A stretch of 64,000 bases of DNA, taken from assembly GCA_964016885.1 (NCBI GenBank), contig OZ024742.1, forward strand, positions 123,070,001 through 123,134,000, written 5' to 3'. The position numbers and the translations under genes are program-made. The notes beneath the pieces are model-generated. The model saw nothing but the letters and a program-made list of their open reading frames with translations. It was not told where the DNA came from and did not search any database. Below, in pieces: positions 1 to 14,110 of this stretch; position 1 is the first letter of the stretch; every line of letters begins with the position of its first letter. This DNA comes from Eledone cirrhosa. Taxonomy: Eukaryota.

Positions 1-692
1 TTTGTATATTATATCATGAAACAACTGTTCATTTGAGACTTTGTCCTTCCACGAGAAACCACAGATATTTCTAAGAGATCTCTCATGGAGAGTATCGCGA
101 GGTGTAACGTATTCAAAATGATGTTCACAATTCTGACTCATACAGCAATGTTGAGACGACAACTGCACGTTAGACTGAGATTTGGTTTTCAAACACAATC
201 GATTATCCCTCCATGCCTCTATTTGCAGCTTTCCAATGGCATCACTAGTCTTAGCGATCCTATTCACCATGTCCTCGTCATCAATATGAAGGACTTTACA
301 AATTAAAAGAAAAAAATCATTCAATGCACTGTATGGACGCCTACGCAGTGTTAACCCTCCTCTTTGAATTAGTATAGGTTAGTGGTAGTATATAGCTTCT
401 CATATTTACACACTTATTGTTAAGTCAGACGTATTTGACACGGTGGAAACTGGCTTACCACTTCTTTCGCTTCCGAATCATATCATATGCAAATAGAGTC
501 TACACAATGCAGATGACTATATTAATTGTTGATAACTATATGTAATAGCTGAATAAATCATGTAATGTACCTTTACAAACGGAAGAATGGGATAGTTATC
601 TGCATTGCGACGACTATAATTTCAAATTTTAAATTTAACAATCCATCTGACATTAACCATTATTGTTTATATGTACATACACACACATATAG

Positions 693-750
<58 letters not shown>

Positions 751-1825
751 AAAGAACGATATCTTTCTATAAAATGTCCGTTCAATTTGAGATTTTTATG
801 CAATACTCTCAGTCTTTTGTGAGAAAAATATCAGCGCATTAATTTTTACATATTGTAGTCTATAAATCTAAATGTACAGTTCTTAACAGAATGAAACTTA
901 TCCTGAATAGCCTGAAGCAACAAAGTAAATATATTCGGATTTCGGAATAAATGAAGCAGTTTTCACGGCGTATTTCGTAATATATTTATAAACAACTCAT
1001 TTGCGAAGATTTGAGTATCTATAAAAGAGAATATGAAAATATTAATTTAATAATCTAATTAATTACAGAGACATTGAATTTAAACATTTCAGTTTTATAA
1101 TGTCATTCTACTTAATGGATGTTTAACCTGATAATTTTGAAAATAAAACACCATTAAAAAATATCTGTATCAATTTTATAGTTAGTCTCCGTAGTATTGC
1201 ACGATATAGCCAATTAATATGTGGTTATTTATTATTATGCAAGAAGTCTTTTTTGACATCAGCCGATGTAATTTGTCTTCACTTCTGTGGCATTAAGTTG
1301 CTTCTAAATTGTAATCGATAGCGAGAAAAATATTGGCAGGGAATCAAATCATAGACTAAACATAGAATTTTATCGCTTACTTTGGTAAATGTAAATTCTT
1401 GCTTAAAATATTGATAATATTTCACTGTCTAGAAATGTCTGTGTTCGCCTATATTTCACGAAGAGAAAGTGTGTAACTTAAGAATAGATAGCATTCACAT
1501 ATGTGTTGGGCGATTTTTAATTTTTTTTTTTTACTCAAGTATGTATATATATATGTATACACACACTGAATATAGCTTGCCTATATGGCTAGTAAACGTG
1601 ATTTGGAAACATGTATATTTGGGTTCAATATAACTTTACAGTAAATTTGAGTAGGTGACTTTTAAACAAGTCTCGACTCACTGAAATTGTGAGTTTCGCT
1701 TTCTCTCTTACGCTCTCCCATGTATGTGTGACTGCGCAAGTGTGTGTGAGAGAGTATATGTTTGTGTGTGTGTTTCATTACGTATGTTTGGGGGGGGGGG
1801 GCTGTGGTATTGTATTGGTCAAGGA

Positions 1826-1982
1826 AAGAACTGCGAAACCGGTAAAGGAACCAAATAAATATATATATATTTTTAAAAATAAAACTCCAGTTGCATTTCG
1901 ATTTCATCTTTTTTTCTTTATACTTTCACTCTCGTAGGACACCTCGGTTATTTTTCATTTTGTTAAAAAAACCTCACTTTCT
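1826..1982 (+). mobile_element. PLE-type pLTR fragment, family C, 5'-truncated inside hammerhead loop II
   Basis: Near-identical to the 37922-38254 element; begins AAGAACTGC-GAAA-CCGG-TA (3' half of a hammerhead) and ends in (TA)n. Confidence 0.7.
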
Positions 1983-2094
1983 AATATATGTATATATACT
2001 GGCATGAGAACAAAGTGTGTAGACAAAGTACCACCGTGGGAAACTATCTTTCCTGCCTATTGCTTTTCCCGGTGTCAATATAATAAGCGGAAAA

Positions 2095-2305
2095 AATGAA
2101 ACGAAATTTCATTTCTCACTCTTAGTACGGCTGTTACTTAAATATAAGTATGTATACGTACATACATATATGTATACAGACGTACAGTAGTATGTATATA
2201 TACATACATGCACACATATATATATATATGTACGTATGGATTCACCGAACATTTATTATAATGCTTGGTCTGTTTGTAAACAAACATCCCGAATTAAGCC
2301 GTCGT
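2095..2305 (-). mobile_element. Diverged copy of the family K repeat
   Basis: Reverse complement matches 6493-6742 (e.g. tactaagagtgagaaatgaaatttcgttt). Confidence 0.7.
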
Positions 2306-2784
2306 TGCTCATTTGTTCAATATAATAAGGTTTGATATATGTTCCTCATAAATTTATTGAAGATATCACTCCAGCATGGCGTAGGTTCATTCAATTAATC
2401 GTATTGTATTTCTCCCTGAAAACTCTGTAGTGTGTAGGAGATGGAAAAAATGTTTATCTTTGCCACTCGTTTTTTTTTTCTTTTCTTTTTTCTTTTCTTC
2501 TTACAGCCTTTCTCATAACGTGCATTGATTTAACAGAGAAAGGTAGCAAAACACTTATTTTCTCCAAAAAACATGGGTTCATTGTGTAGTGTATAAAAGA
2601 ATAAGTGTGATTTTATTTGAGCTCCAAAAACTAATGAACCCTTTAGATTTACACATTCTTTTGTAATATTACATATATTTAACAACCAAATTTTAGATTG
2701 CACCAAGGGCTTCCCACATATTCGCAACACAGTTGTTATCTTGGAGTTATATCAATTTGCGAGTTTAAAATAATGGCGTCTGAT

Positions 2785-2985
2785 TTAGGCCAACAATTCT
2801 TTCAGGGTGAGTCGATTAAATAGATCCCAGTGCATTACTGGTACTGCATTTTATCGACTCCGGAAGGATGAAAGTCAAAGCTAACATCGGCGGTATATGA
2901 ACTCAGAAGGTAAAGGGACATAACTAAAAGCCGTAATGCATGTTGTCCGACGCTCTACTGATACTGTCGAACCCACCGCCATCTG
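2785..2985 (-). mobile_element. tRNA-derived SINE, family SINE-A
   Basis: Shared core cccagtgcattactggtac...tttatcgac...aaggatgaaag-caaag...gaactcagaa, found in >15 copies in the window. Confidence 0.85.
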
Positions 2986-4129
2986 TGTTATAATAAAATA
3001 AACAACAACAGTTATAAGAATAAGACGTTTGAGAGTTACTTGTCTTGCCATGGGTAGTGTAGGCTGGTCGGAGAACCCCCCCCACCCCACCCCCACCCAC
3101 ACACACACACACAGTGGCTATAATCTTGTACACAAAGGTTTAATTATAGTTGGTTCCCTATTTTGGATTGAAACTTAAATTGTTACAGTCATATGTATTC
3201 TAGATGGTTTTTGTAATCGCACACATTGGGAAGGCGTGCGCATATACAACAGCATAATATACACACACATAGCGACACACACGAAAACACAACTATTCAT
3301 ATACATACAAACACACATACAAACAATTAAAATATCTTCACGCGTGAAATTTCATTAAGATATGAATTTATATTAAGATATGGTTTTCTTGTTTATAAGT
3401 GACTGGATAATTTTCTGATATTCTAAATGTGTTAAAATAGCGATTGCAAGTTAGCGAGGGGAATTAAAAGCTAAGAGATAAATGTATTTCAGTAAATTGA
3501 AATACGAAGAAACTGCCCCAAGTTCAAATTCAGATGCACATCAAACATGGGAGTAAAATAAACGACTGTTCTCTCCTTACCCTGAACAACCATTGAGGTT
3601 GGTCACTCACCGATGGATTCATATGACCGTCGTGTAGTTTGCTTGTATGGATATATAGAAATAATTAGTTTATGTTTATTAGTAAGGCGTGTGCACAAAC
3701 TAGTAGAACGAGTACCATATATACATGCACATACATATGTACATATATATATATATATATAAATACATATATATATATATATATACAGAGTGTTGTAGTT
3801 TGATTGAAGCATTGTTGAATAAGAAATATAGACTCAACCAATTTTAGAAAGCCATACAATGCATTAAAAAAGTTAAAGGTTCCAAGATAAAGATAGAATT
3901 TTACTTTAGAAAATTTACTTACCTACAATTATTTTCGGGTTTAAAAACCCATTATGAAGGGAGGATCCGTGTGAAAGTATTAAAGGATCAGTCGGAGATG
4001 AGTTATTGTTTGTCTGGCAGATTTACTTTAAATACTTATATATATATATATACGTATCTATAAGTATAGTATTATACGTATCTATATAAATATATGCGTG
4101 TGTGTATGCGTGTGTTTGTTGTGCGTACG

Positions 4130-4202
<73 letters not shown>

Positions 4203-4269
4203 AGTGTAAGTTTCTACACAAAACGAAGGTTATAGAGAAAATTGAGGTTGGTAATGGCACATGGAATAT

Positions 4270-4464
4270 ATACGGGACGCTAACACAAGAAAAATCCCCT
4301 TGAGCAGCCATATTGCGAACTGCGCAGGAATGACACTACCCACATTTAAAATCTTTCCCTTCTACAAGTGCTCAGATTCGTTTACACAGCAACAAAGAAT
4401 AAACAAAGAAAATCTATTCCTTAACAAATTTAAACCAAAACTAAACGGGTTATCACCCCAATAG
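4270..4464 (+). pseudogene. PLE GIY-YIG endonuclease C-terminal fragment
   Basis: IRDANTRKIPLSSHIANCA...FKIFPFYK...RINKENLFLNKFKPKLN fits the PLE EN C-terminal pattern (S.H...C...R..KE..F...P.LN). Confidence 0.75.
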
Positions 4465-4789
4465 AATTGTCATAAAATATAAACACACATACGCACGGAG
4501 TGACAGATATGTGTGTGTATGTGTGCATGTATATAATTATCACTACTATTAAAGACCAGAGACCAATTCTGTAGAATCAGGTTTATTCGTTGACAGACCA
4601 TGCCTTTGTGTGACCAACACATCCATGTTAAACCCTGCACGTGCACACACATATATCTATATATATATATGCGTACACAGAATTCACCACTGTCGGTTGC
4701 GGGGCCCAATCTACATGAAGAACTCAATGTGATCAGAATGACTTGTATTTTAATTTCACTGTTCTAACTTCTTATATTATGGAAAAAAT

Positions 4790-5051
4790 ATATGTGTATG
4801 TATGTATATATATATATTTGGAGGCCATTTCTCTATGTGTGTGGGTGTATGTATGTGTATGTGTGTATGTATGTTTATGTGTGTGCATGTGGATGTATGT
4901 ATGTGTATGTATGTGTGTGTGTGTATGTATGTGTGTATCTGGATGTTTGTGTATGTATATATATGTGTGTGTGTGTGTATATATATGTGTGTGTATGTGT
5001 ATATATGTGTGTGTTTGTATGTGTGTATGTATATATGTGTGTGTGTATGTA

Positions 5052-5113
<62 letters not shown>

Positions 5114-5330
5114 CATATATATATATATATGTGTATGTATATGTGTGTGTGTGTATGTATGTGTGTATCTGGATGTATTTGTATGTATATATATATGTGT
5201 GTGTATGCGTATATGTGTGTGTGTGTATGTGTGTATGTATATGTATGTGTGTGTGTATGTATGTGTGTGTGTGTATATATATATATATATGTATGTATAT
5301 ATATATATGTATGTGTGTGTGGATGAGGGT
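4790..5330. repeat. Compound (TG/TA/TATG)n microsatellite with an internal duplication
   Basis: Direct reading; gtgtgtatctggatgt occurs at ~4932 and ~5161. Confidence 0.95.
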
Positions 5331-5652
5331 GTGAATATATAGGTGTAAGTGCACTAAATCCATTTCTATCACTCTCCCCTCTCCTACCGACCACATGAAG
5401 ATATATGTATGTATATTGCTTCCACCCCCTCACTGACCAGCAGCTGGCCATCTGGCCATTGCTAAATCTGACCTTAAAAAAAACCACTCCCCACAAATAA
5501 TTCCTCATTCACTACCAGAAAGGGACACACAGCAGTCAACTTGCTGCTACCAAGATGAAAACTACTATGAAATCCGACACTGAATTTTATACTTGAATTT
5601 TCAAATCTCAAATTTTAACTCTTCTTATTATTAATATTTCTTAATATTAATC

Positions 5653-5700
5653 AACATTTGAAAACATGGTTTTTGCAGACCCATCGAAACCGGTCATTTT
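5653..5700 (+). ncRNA. Type I hammerhead, U3-A8 core (family M)
   Basis: aacat-TTGAAAA-c atgg...ccat c-GAAA-ccgg-TC-atttt; palindromic ACCGGT stem III; weak stem I; homolog at 56797-56852. Confidence 0.6.
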
Positions 5701-5800
5701 TTATACCCTTTATTCTTTACTTACCTTATAAAATTATGTTTTTTCACAAAAAAGTATTCTGTCTCTTATATATTCCATGTACCATTACCAACCTTAATTT

Positions 5801-6260
<460 letters not shown>

Positions 6261-6286
6261 ATATATATATATATATATATATATAT

Positions 6287-6420
6287 AACGAAGGAAATGT
6301 GGTAAGGAACCAGGTGGACCATAACGCACAAAAGTACTCAATACTTGAGGTAGTAGAGTGGGTAATAGGAACCAGTAAGACCCCGACAGCTGAGCTCAAG
6401 CCGTTACGACGGCTAATTCT

Positions 6421-6424
<4 letters not shown>
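6287..6424 (-). mobile_element. PLE pLTR fragment, family B
   Basis: Matches 8705-8813, 12025-12155 and 32884-33015; lies between (TA)n tracts. Confidence 0.85.
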
Positions 6425-6492
<68 letters not shown>

Positions 6493-6499
<7 letters not shown>

Positions 6500-7195
6500 A
6501 AATTCAGGCTGTTCAGCTTGTTTACAAACGAACAAAGCGGCGTTATAATAAGCGTCCGCTAAACTGATGCGTGCATATATGTATGTGTACCTGTATGTAT
6601 ATATGTATATACATATATATATATATGCATGCTACTGTACGTCTGTATACATATATGTATGTACGTATACATACATACTTACATTTAAGTAAGTGCCATA
6701 CTAAGAGTGAGAAATGAAATTTCGTTTTCATTTTATTTCAACCTATCGTTTTCGGTATGCCTGACCGATTTAACTCACTCAATATGCAAATTAGGCTGCT
6801 CAGCCGTTAATTTTCATAAGGAAAGTATATACTTTCGAACGTTCAACTATCTGGCAGATGGGTATACGGTGCTGATGATAGCTAACAAGCTTGAAACTAG
6901 TACATCGTTCCTGTGTCAGTGTTGAATAAAAAGGTGACGTGTGTGCCTTAACACCGTATGGCATAAATTCAGGCTGTTCAGTTTGTTTACAAACGAACAA
7001 AGCGGCGTTATAATAAGCGTCCGCTAAACTGATGCGTGCATATATGTATGTGTACCTGTATGTATGTATATATATATATGCATGCTACTGTACGTTTGTA
7101 TACATATATGTATGTACGTATACATATATACTTACATTTAAGTAAGTGCCATACTAAGAGTGAGAAATGAAATTTCGTTTTCATTTTATTTCAAC
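6493..7195 (+). mobile_element. Partial tandem repeat (465-bp unit, ~1.5 copies) containing a hammerhead, family K
   Basis: 6493-6742 is repeated at 6958-7195; HHR lies in the intervening segment. Confidence 0.8.
6866..6908 (+). ncRNA. Type I hammerhead ribozyme, canonical core
   Basis: acggtg-CTGATGA-t agc taacaa gct t-GAAA-ctag-TA-catcgt; 6-bp stem I; palindromic ACTAGT stem III; GUA site. Confidence 0.85.
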
Positions 7196-7214
7196 ACAAC
7201 ACGCAGCCCAGGAG

Positions 7215-7558
<344 letters not shown>

Positions 7559-8415
7559 AATATATATATATATGTGTGTTTGTGTATATATACATGTGTG
7601 TGTGTGTATGTATGTGTGTGTGTGTGTGTGTGTTTGAATCTGTGTGACAGGGTATCGAATAGCTTTCACCAATCATATTACAATTATAGGGCACTCGTCA
7701 AAATTAAGGCTACTCTTTTATACATATGTCCCAGTATCAAGCAATGGAATATAACTAGGACTGAAATGGTTAAGAAGCGAACATGTTGATTACACGGCAT
7801 TTTCTGTGCATGTGGCTTTACTTCACACTCCACAGTTACTTTGAGAAACTTGTGTTTGCAATGTACAAATCCCATTTAACTTTCTCTTGTATATATTTGG
7901 CTATGTCAATGAAATAATTGTTCAGTTGACGATCTGGGTGATAAGGCCTAAAATGCTAATACTGTAATCAGTTCTCTCAAGTCGAAAGATATATATTTAT
8001 TCTGTGCGATGTATCCGAATCTCATTTTTTTTTTCTTTCTTAATTATTAATATTCTTTTTTTTTCCCTTTCAGTCGGTTATTGTTGGGAGAGAGTCACTT
8101 GGAAACTTTTTATGTATAGAGCAATATTAAAACTGGGATAGTTGTGAATGTTAATGTTCCTGAGAGACATGATAACAGACAACTTGCGAAGTGAACACTA
8201 AAATAGAGCAGATAAAGCTTACACACCTATGCCCCGAATATTGCCAGTTGACACCACGTCTCTCAGACTTTAGTATTTGTTTATATTATTTACTTTGTAA
8301 AGTTCCATCAAACACAGCTATTTATCAATGCACATTACTAATACATACGCTCAATATCTACAAATACGCACACTCAAGAATATATAACATATCGAAGATT
8401 TGCTTGCTCTGTGCT

Positions 8416-8454
<39 letters not shown>

Positions 8455-8519
8455 CGATCTATCTATCTATCTTTCTCTCTCATTATTTCTTTATTTCTCT
8501 CTCCCTCTCTCTCGTTATA

Positions 8520-8557
<38 letters not shown>

Positions 8558-8637
8558 TATATATTAATAGGTTGACGAAATCACAATACCACGAGATGCT
8601 TCACGCAATATTGTTTATATGCATATACATACATTCA

Positions 8638-8704
<67 letters not shown>

Positions 8705-8705
<1 letters not shown>

Positions 8706-9543
8706 ACGAAGGAGTTGGACCATAACGCACCACTTAAGGTAGTAGAGTGGGTAATAGGAGAAAGTATGACCCCGACGGCAGAGCTCAAGCCGTTTCGACG
8801 GCTATTTCTGGACTAAAGTAAGAGTTTTTTTTATCTGGTAAATAAATAGCCGAACTTTTCAAGGGGTACTTCCTTATATGGGAAGATTGTAGTTGTCAAG
8901 AGGATTGGTCAAAATGTGTAGTACACACAGAAAGGCTATCATGGCAGTGGGTGCGGGGTGGGGTGGCTCTACTTGCCTGTAGAACGATAGGGGAGTGGGT
9001 AGAGCCGGTCAAGCGTAGAAGGTGAAATCTACAAGCAAATTCTAAGGAATGTGTATGAAAGTAGGCCAGTGGAGGTTGGCGAAAAAAGGTTTCTTTAGAA
9101 AGTGGAGGAGGGACGTTATAGAAATAGTAAATCAAATGCGATTAGGGGACAATGAAAAAATATAATAAAAGAGAATATAATAAAAAATGAGAGAAAGATG
9201 TATCAGAATATAAGATTGGAAAGTGAGATGTGAAATAAAACAAAAACTAACGAGTCTAACACAGCTGCAATATTTAGTTGGTGCTGCTATTTCGGCCAAA
9301 GCTATAGAATTAGTTGCTAGATGAGAATTATTGAAAATTTAGAATTTAAAATTAATACCACGTCTCTGGGGTCTAACACAGCTGCTATGAATAGTTAGTA
9401 TAGCGTAATCGGCGAATGCTATCTGTAAGTTACTGGGGTGGTGGTACAGAGGCTAACGAGGCCCGATGGGCTGCCTCGGGGTAGGCGAAAGGGGAAAAAA
9501 AACACGAAACGGCTTGAGCTATGCCGTCGGGGTCATACATTCT

Positions 9544-9546
<3 letters not shown>
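8705..9546 (-). mobile_element. PLE 3' end (3' UTR plus pLTR, family B) with a short inverted pLTR piece at 9506-9546
   Basis: Reverse complement of ~8880-9500 aligns with the 13370-13895 UTR downstream of the GIY-YIG ORF; (TA)n on both sides. Confidence 0.85.
8769..8867 (-). ncRNA. Type I hammerhead, U3-A8 core, long stem II (family B)
   Basis: acccc-TTGAAAA-gtt cggctattt...aaatagccg tc-GAAA-cggc ttgagctct gccg-TC-ggggt. Confidence 0.8.
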
Positions 9547-9612
<66 letters not shown>

Positions 9613-11230
9613 AAAAAATGAACTGAAACATAGCTTCCAATATTAAAACTGAAACTCGCTTTAGGTTTCCTCAGGTAATCATAAGAAAACATATGAGAAA
9701 CACTTAATGGCGCCAGGTGATAGTAATGATTAGACAATGTAAAGGAACACACTATGTCTTTCTCCCAACTTGAAAGGAATTGTCTAAAATAGCAAAATAT
9801 ACACAAAACTAAAACCAGCACTCCTAATCACGTATAACTTGGTAGTATGCACTTATCTCTCACCATGTGTTTTAGCTATCCGTGCAGTCGGAAGCAGTCA
9901 CAGGCGCTCTTTCCACCCACGCTCCCTTTATTGATCCCGGGGAACATCGAAGATCTGATAGCTGGAATTAGACGTGGAACTGAACAACGATTTCTGATTT
10001 TGGCACAAGGCCAACAATTTTGGAGGAAGGGAAAATTGAATTAAATTTTCCCAGTGCGTTTACAGGTACTTTATTGTATCGACACCGTAAGGATGAAGAG
10101 GGAGCTACACAAAAATGATAAGTATTTTCCTTTTCAGACGAGCAATTAATGTAGATGCGCTCGTCACCGAACAAATATTCACTACAGTTAACATATTTTG
10201 GTGTAGTAAATACCAACTAACCTATTGTCTCCTGCTATCATACTGGTGCGAGGTAAATATGAAAAAAGTAACTGAATATGAATGTGTCTCTGTGTTTATT
10301 AAAATAGAACCTGACATTTCATTTAGTTGCACAAATTACCACAATTCAAACTTGTCTAATGTGTAACAAATGAAAGAATGAAAGTTACAGATGTTAAAAT
10401 GATTATCACCTACAACGAAAAGTTAGTTATTCCGCGCTGTATTCCAAGTCAAAATCGTTTGCGACACGTATATAATAGCGTATATTCTTCAATGCCATGT
10501 GCGCTTCGTTTAAATTATATATTTCGTAAAGTGATGTAGTAGACCTTCACGTCTTAAGCTGCATGTTGTTAATGATGCATTATTGCATAATAATTGTTAA
10601 TTAGTGCAGAATATCAATTGGGACATTTTATTATTAAATGATCCCCTTCCAGCATTTATTAACTTCTAATAAAATCATGATTGACATCCTGGAAGACATT
10701 CTACATTAGATCCAAATTTTAAACATTCTTGAATTTAGTCAAATACAGACGATTCTGTTAAAAACGTTACATGATAGGCTATACAAAAGAATTAAGTAAT
10801 TTAAAATCTAATAATACACTTATACTTTCGAAATCGTAATTTTCAGTTTAAGATATTTAAAGAATAAATATACTCTCAAAAATATAAAGTCTGTTTCGAG
10901 ACCGATGACTCATCAGGCCAGTGCTTGTCCTTAATTCCGTTGGATTAAGCGACTGAAAGTACAATACTAACCCCTGGACAGGCACCAAACAATCGCAGAT
11001 TTAAGAACCCCAGTTACTGCTGCTACACATTTTCAGTGGAGTGTACTGGAGCAACGTGAAATGAAATATTTTTCTCAAGACAACACAGTCAAGGAATCGA
11101 ACCAAGAACGTTATGGTCGTAAGTCCAGCACTGCACTGTGGTCTCCTCCTGATATACATTGGGATTGCACCTATAATATATATATTTACCCACACGCACA
11201 CACACACACACGCGCATATATATATATATA

Positions 11231-11400
11231 TTTAATATAGAAAGGCGTCTACAGGACTAGAGCTGTTTCATTCGGGAGAAATCATCAGGAAGCCCTGATG
11301 ATTTCTCCCGAATGAAACAGGGCTAGTCCTGTAGACGCCTTTGTATATTAAATATTTATACTCTGCTTTGTATTGAGTACCTTACTTACTGTGGTTACCC
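11231..11400 (+). mobile_element. Fold-back PLE pLTR fragment with two inverted hammerheads, family A
   Basis: ~59-bp inverted arms centred near 11291; CTGATGA-t ttc tccc gaa t-GAAA-cag...ctg-TA on both strands. Confidence 0.8.
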
Positions 11401-11417
11401 CGATGGAACCCGGGATA

Positions 11418-11499
<82 letters not shown>

Positions 11500-11503
<4 letters not shown>

Positions 11504-13895
11504 TTTCAAGAATAGTCAGGCAAAATTTATCCAATTTTTATCTTTCCTTAGTCCGTACAAATCAACCAGATAAATAATTAATTAAATGGAGCTAAGTTTA
11601 AAATGTAAATTTGAAGAAATAACAGATAAATATTATCGGTTTTCCTCCGTGAGAAACAGTCAGACAAAATTTGCCTAGTCTTTCCGCTTAGTCCTTAGAA
11701 ATTAACTACACAAATAATTAATTAAACGGAGCTAAGTCTAAAATATAAGTTTGAAGAAAAATATTTAGAGAAACATTACCAAAATTCCTCCAGGCCCGAC
11801 TATCGATAGTTTCGCTGGTACCTTGTGGTTATGTCTAATCGTTGCATTACCCATGAGGCTCCGAGCTTTTCAAGAATCTCCCTAAGTTAGGACCAAAGTT
11901 TCTAAAGTGATCGCCGCTAGTAACGAATTCAAAAGGGGTGAGAAACATGACGTGGCTAGCGGTCAAGATAGAAGTGTTGTGATAGGTAGGCCGGATGGCA
12001 AGTAGTTCCATTGCTACAACAAAGGAATTGTGGTAAGGAACCAAATGGACCATAACGCACCAGAGTACTCAATACTTAAGGTAGTAGAGTGGGAAATAGG
12101 AAAAAGTATGACACCGACGACAGAGCTCAAGCCGTCTCGACGGCTATTTCTGGACTAAACTAGAATGTTTAGCCTGGTGAATAAATAGCCGAACTTTTCA
12201 AGAGGATACTTCCTTATATGGGTAGATTGTATTTGTCAAGAGGATTGGTTAACATTTGATCGGTTCTACCCATACAGGAAACCAAATGACAACCTGCACT
12301 ACATCCACCGCCGCTCTATCCATCCTAGAAAAATCACCAAAAACCTGGTTAAAAACATCTCACTCCGCATATCTCGTTTGTCTGCTAATGTGCAGATATT
12401 CGACGAACACGCGCCTCATTACAACCAGGCCATCAATGGGAGTGGCCCGCGGGAGTAAATATCCTTTTATCCAGCTTCTCTCAGTGGAACCAGCAGGCGA
12501 CACCGCAGCTTACGCAACGTAACGTGGTTCAATCCTCCCCACAATGCCGAGGTGGCAACACCTATCTCGAAAATATTCTTTAGAATCCTCGAAAAACACT
12601 TCCCACTACAACACCGCTACCACAACATAATCAACAAAAACACCATCAAACTCTCTTACAGCACCACACCTAACTTCGCACAAAACATCGTCTCCTCAAA
12701 CCAGAAAAAAATCAACCCTATGGAAGAAATAACCTAGACATCAGTGGAGAGCCGACCAGGAGGTGTAACTGCTCTGATAGATCCACGTGCCCCGTCAACA
12801 ACAAATGCCGAGAACGTAACGTGATCTACCAGTGCAACGTGAGGACGGACACCTCCAACAAAGCTTATATAGGATTAACCGCGTGTGACTTCAAAACCCG
12901 GCTCTACCAACACCGTCACACTTTCCGAATCCCGGTTCGGCGCCATGCCCCTACACATCGGGTCCCATCTGGGACCTCCAAGATACAAATATGACCTACA
13001 ATCTCACTTGGAGCTTACTGTCCAGAGCTAACTCTTAGACGGGAGGACGCCGTCCGTGTAAATTATGCTCGGAGGAAACATTACAAATGCTGTTTTCGAA
13101 GGACCAATTCCTAAACAAGAAATATGAACTGGTAACCGCATGCAAACACAGATTGCGTAGGACTTACCTCGCCCTCAAACGCTATAACCACCCGGGTGGG
13201 TAGACATCGGCTGATACCCCCCCCCCCCCCACGCGCACACACTTTCCGAATAAGTTAGGGGAATCCCCAGCTTACATAGGTAAATGTATCTCTTTTCTTT
13301 TCCTCTTTGTCTCCTTCTTCCCCCTGTCTCATCCTATCATTTCCCACCACCCCCTATTTTCTTCCTCGTCTGCTTTCCTCTTACGCCTACCCTGATGCAG
13401 CCCATCGGGCCCTGTAGGATCAGTTCCCCCACCCCTGTTATTTTAAGAGAGAATTGGCCGAATACGTTTTACTAACTACTTATAGCAGATGTGTTAAAAA
13501 CCCCTTTAAGTTTGTATCTGTTTTGTAATTTCTATAAGTTTTTTTCTATTCTCAACTTATTAACCTATAATTGTAAGACAGCATTCTGATTTCTTTATTC
13601 ATTTCTCACTATCTAATTTTATATATTTTATTTATTTTTTTATTTATTTCTAGTATCTTTTATTGTCTCCTACTCTCTTTCGATTTACCTATTCTATAAC
13701 CTCCCTCCCCACTTCATACACTATCCTTAGAATCTGATGTATACATATCACTTTCAACGCTTGACCGCTCTACTCACTCCCTTATTGTTCTACAGGCAGG
13801 TTCAGCCACCCCTACTTCCCACCAAACGCCATGATAGACTTATTTATGTTTACAACAAATTTCAACCAATCCTCTTGACAACTACAATCTTCACA
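11500..13895 (+). mobile_element. Penelope-like retroelement: inverted pLTR/tail (11500-12258, minus) fused to RT-thumb/GIY-YIG 3' end and UTR (plus)
   Basis: accaatcctcttgaca at ~13865 is the reverse complement of ~12234-12250; coding remnant at 12261-13203; family B HHR at 12111-12206 with a GAAA>GAGA change. Confidence 0.9.
12261..13203 (+). pseudogene. PLE RT thumb, linker and GIY-YIG endonuclease, disrupted by stops and frameshifts
   Basis: PYRKPNDNLHYIHRRSIHP; RNVTWFNPP; IKLSYS; CNC...CPVNNKC...NVIYQC...AYIGLTACDFKTRLYQH; CKLCSEE...LNKKYELVTACKH. Confidence 0.93.
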
Positions 13896-13999
13896 ATATA
13901 TGAACAACCCTCCGGTTGTGGACCCAACCAACCAACCGGACATTTATAAATTCTTAAATTTATAAATTTAATTTATAATAAATTGGAGTGAAAGCAACT

Positions 14000-14110
14000 G
14001 GTGCGTGTGTTTCTTATTGGCAACATGACCCTCCCAAAGCATAATAATATCGGTTTCAACACACGTTTTCAGATAAAAAATCTTGCTAAACAAATTCAGA
14101 AACGAAATAT
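14000..14110 (-). mobile_element. (TA)n-associated repeat, family I
   Basis: Related copies at 28787-28860, 30078-30250, 30375-30463, 38527-38692, 62846-62872, 63267-63352 (shared atgaccctccc and acacacgttttcagat). Confidence 0.75.

Noticed and set aside
4743-5508. Long overlapping ORFs (up to 243 aa) and the many similar YI/CV/HT/SL-repeat ORFs across the window, including 58020-58829
   Set aside because: They are translations of stop-free dinucleotide microsatellites, not proteins.
10888-10920. CTGATGA-gtc...tc-GAAA-cagac on the minus strand, resembling a hammerhead
   Set aside because: It is the 3' tail of a SINE-B copy. Other copies (near 7545, 19300, 28450) do not keep the core, and there is no stem I or stem III.
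13386-13418. cctac-cCTGATGcagccc atc gggcc-ctgtagg hairpin in the PLE UTR
   Set aside because: There is no GAAA or stem III, and the homologous copy near 9460-9485 does not conserve CTGATG.
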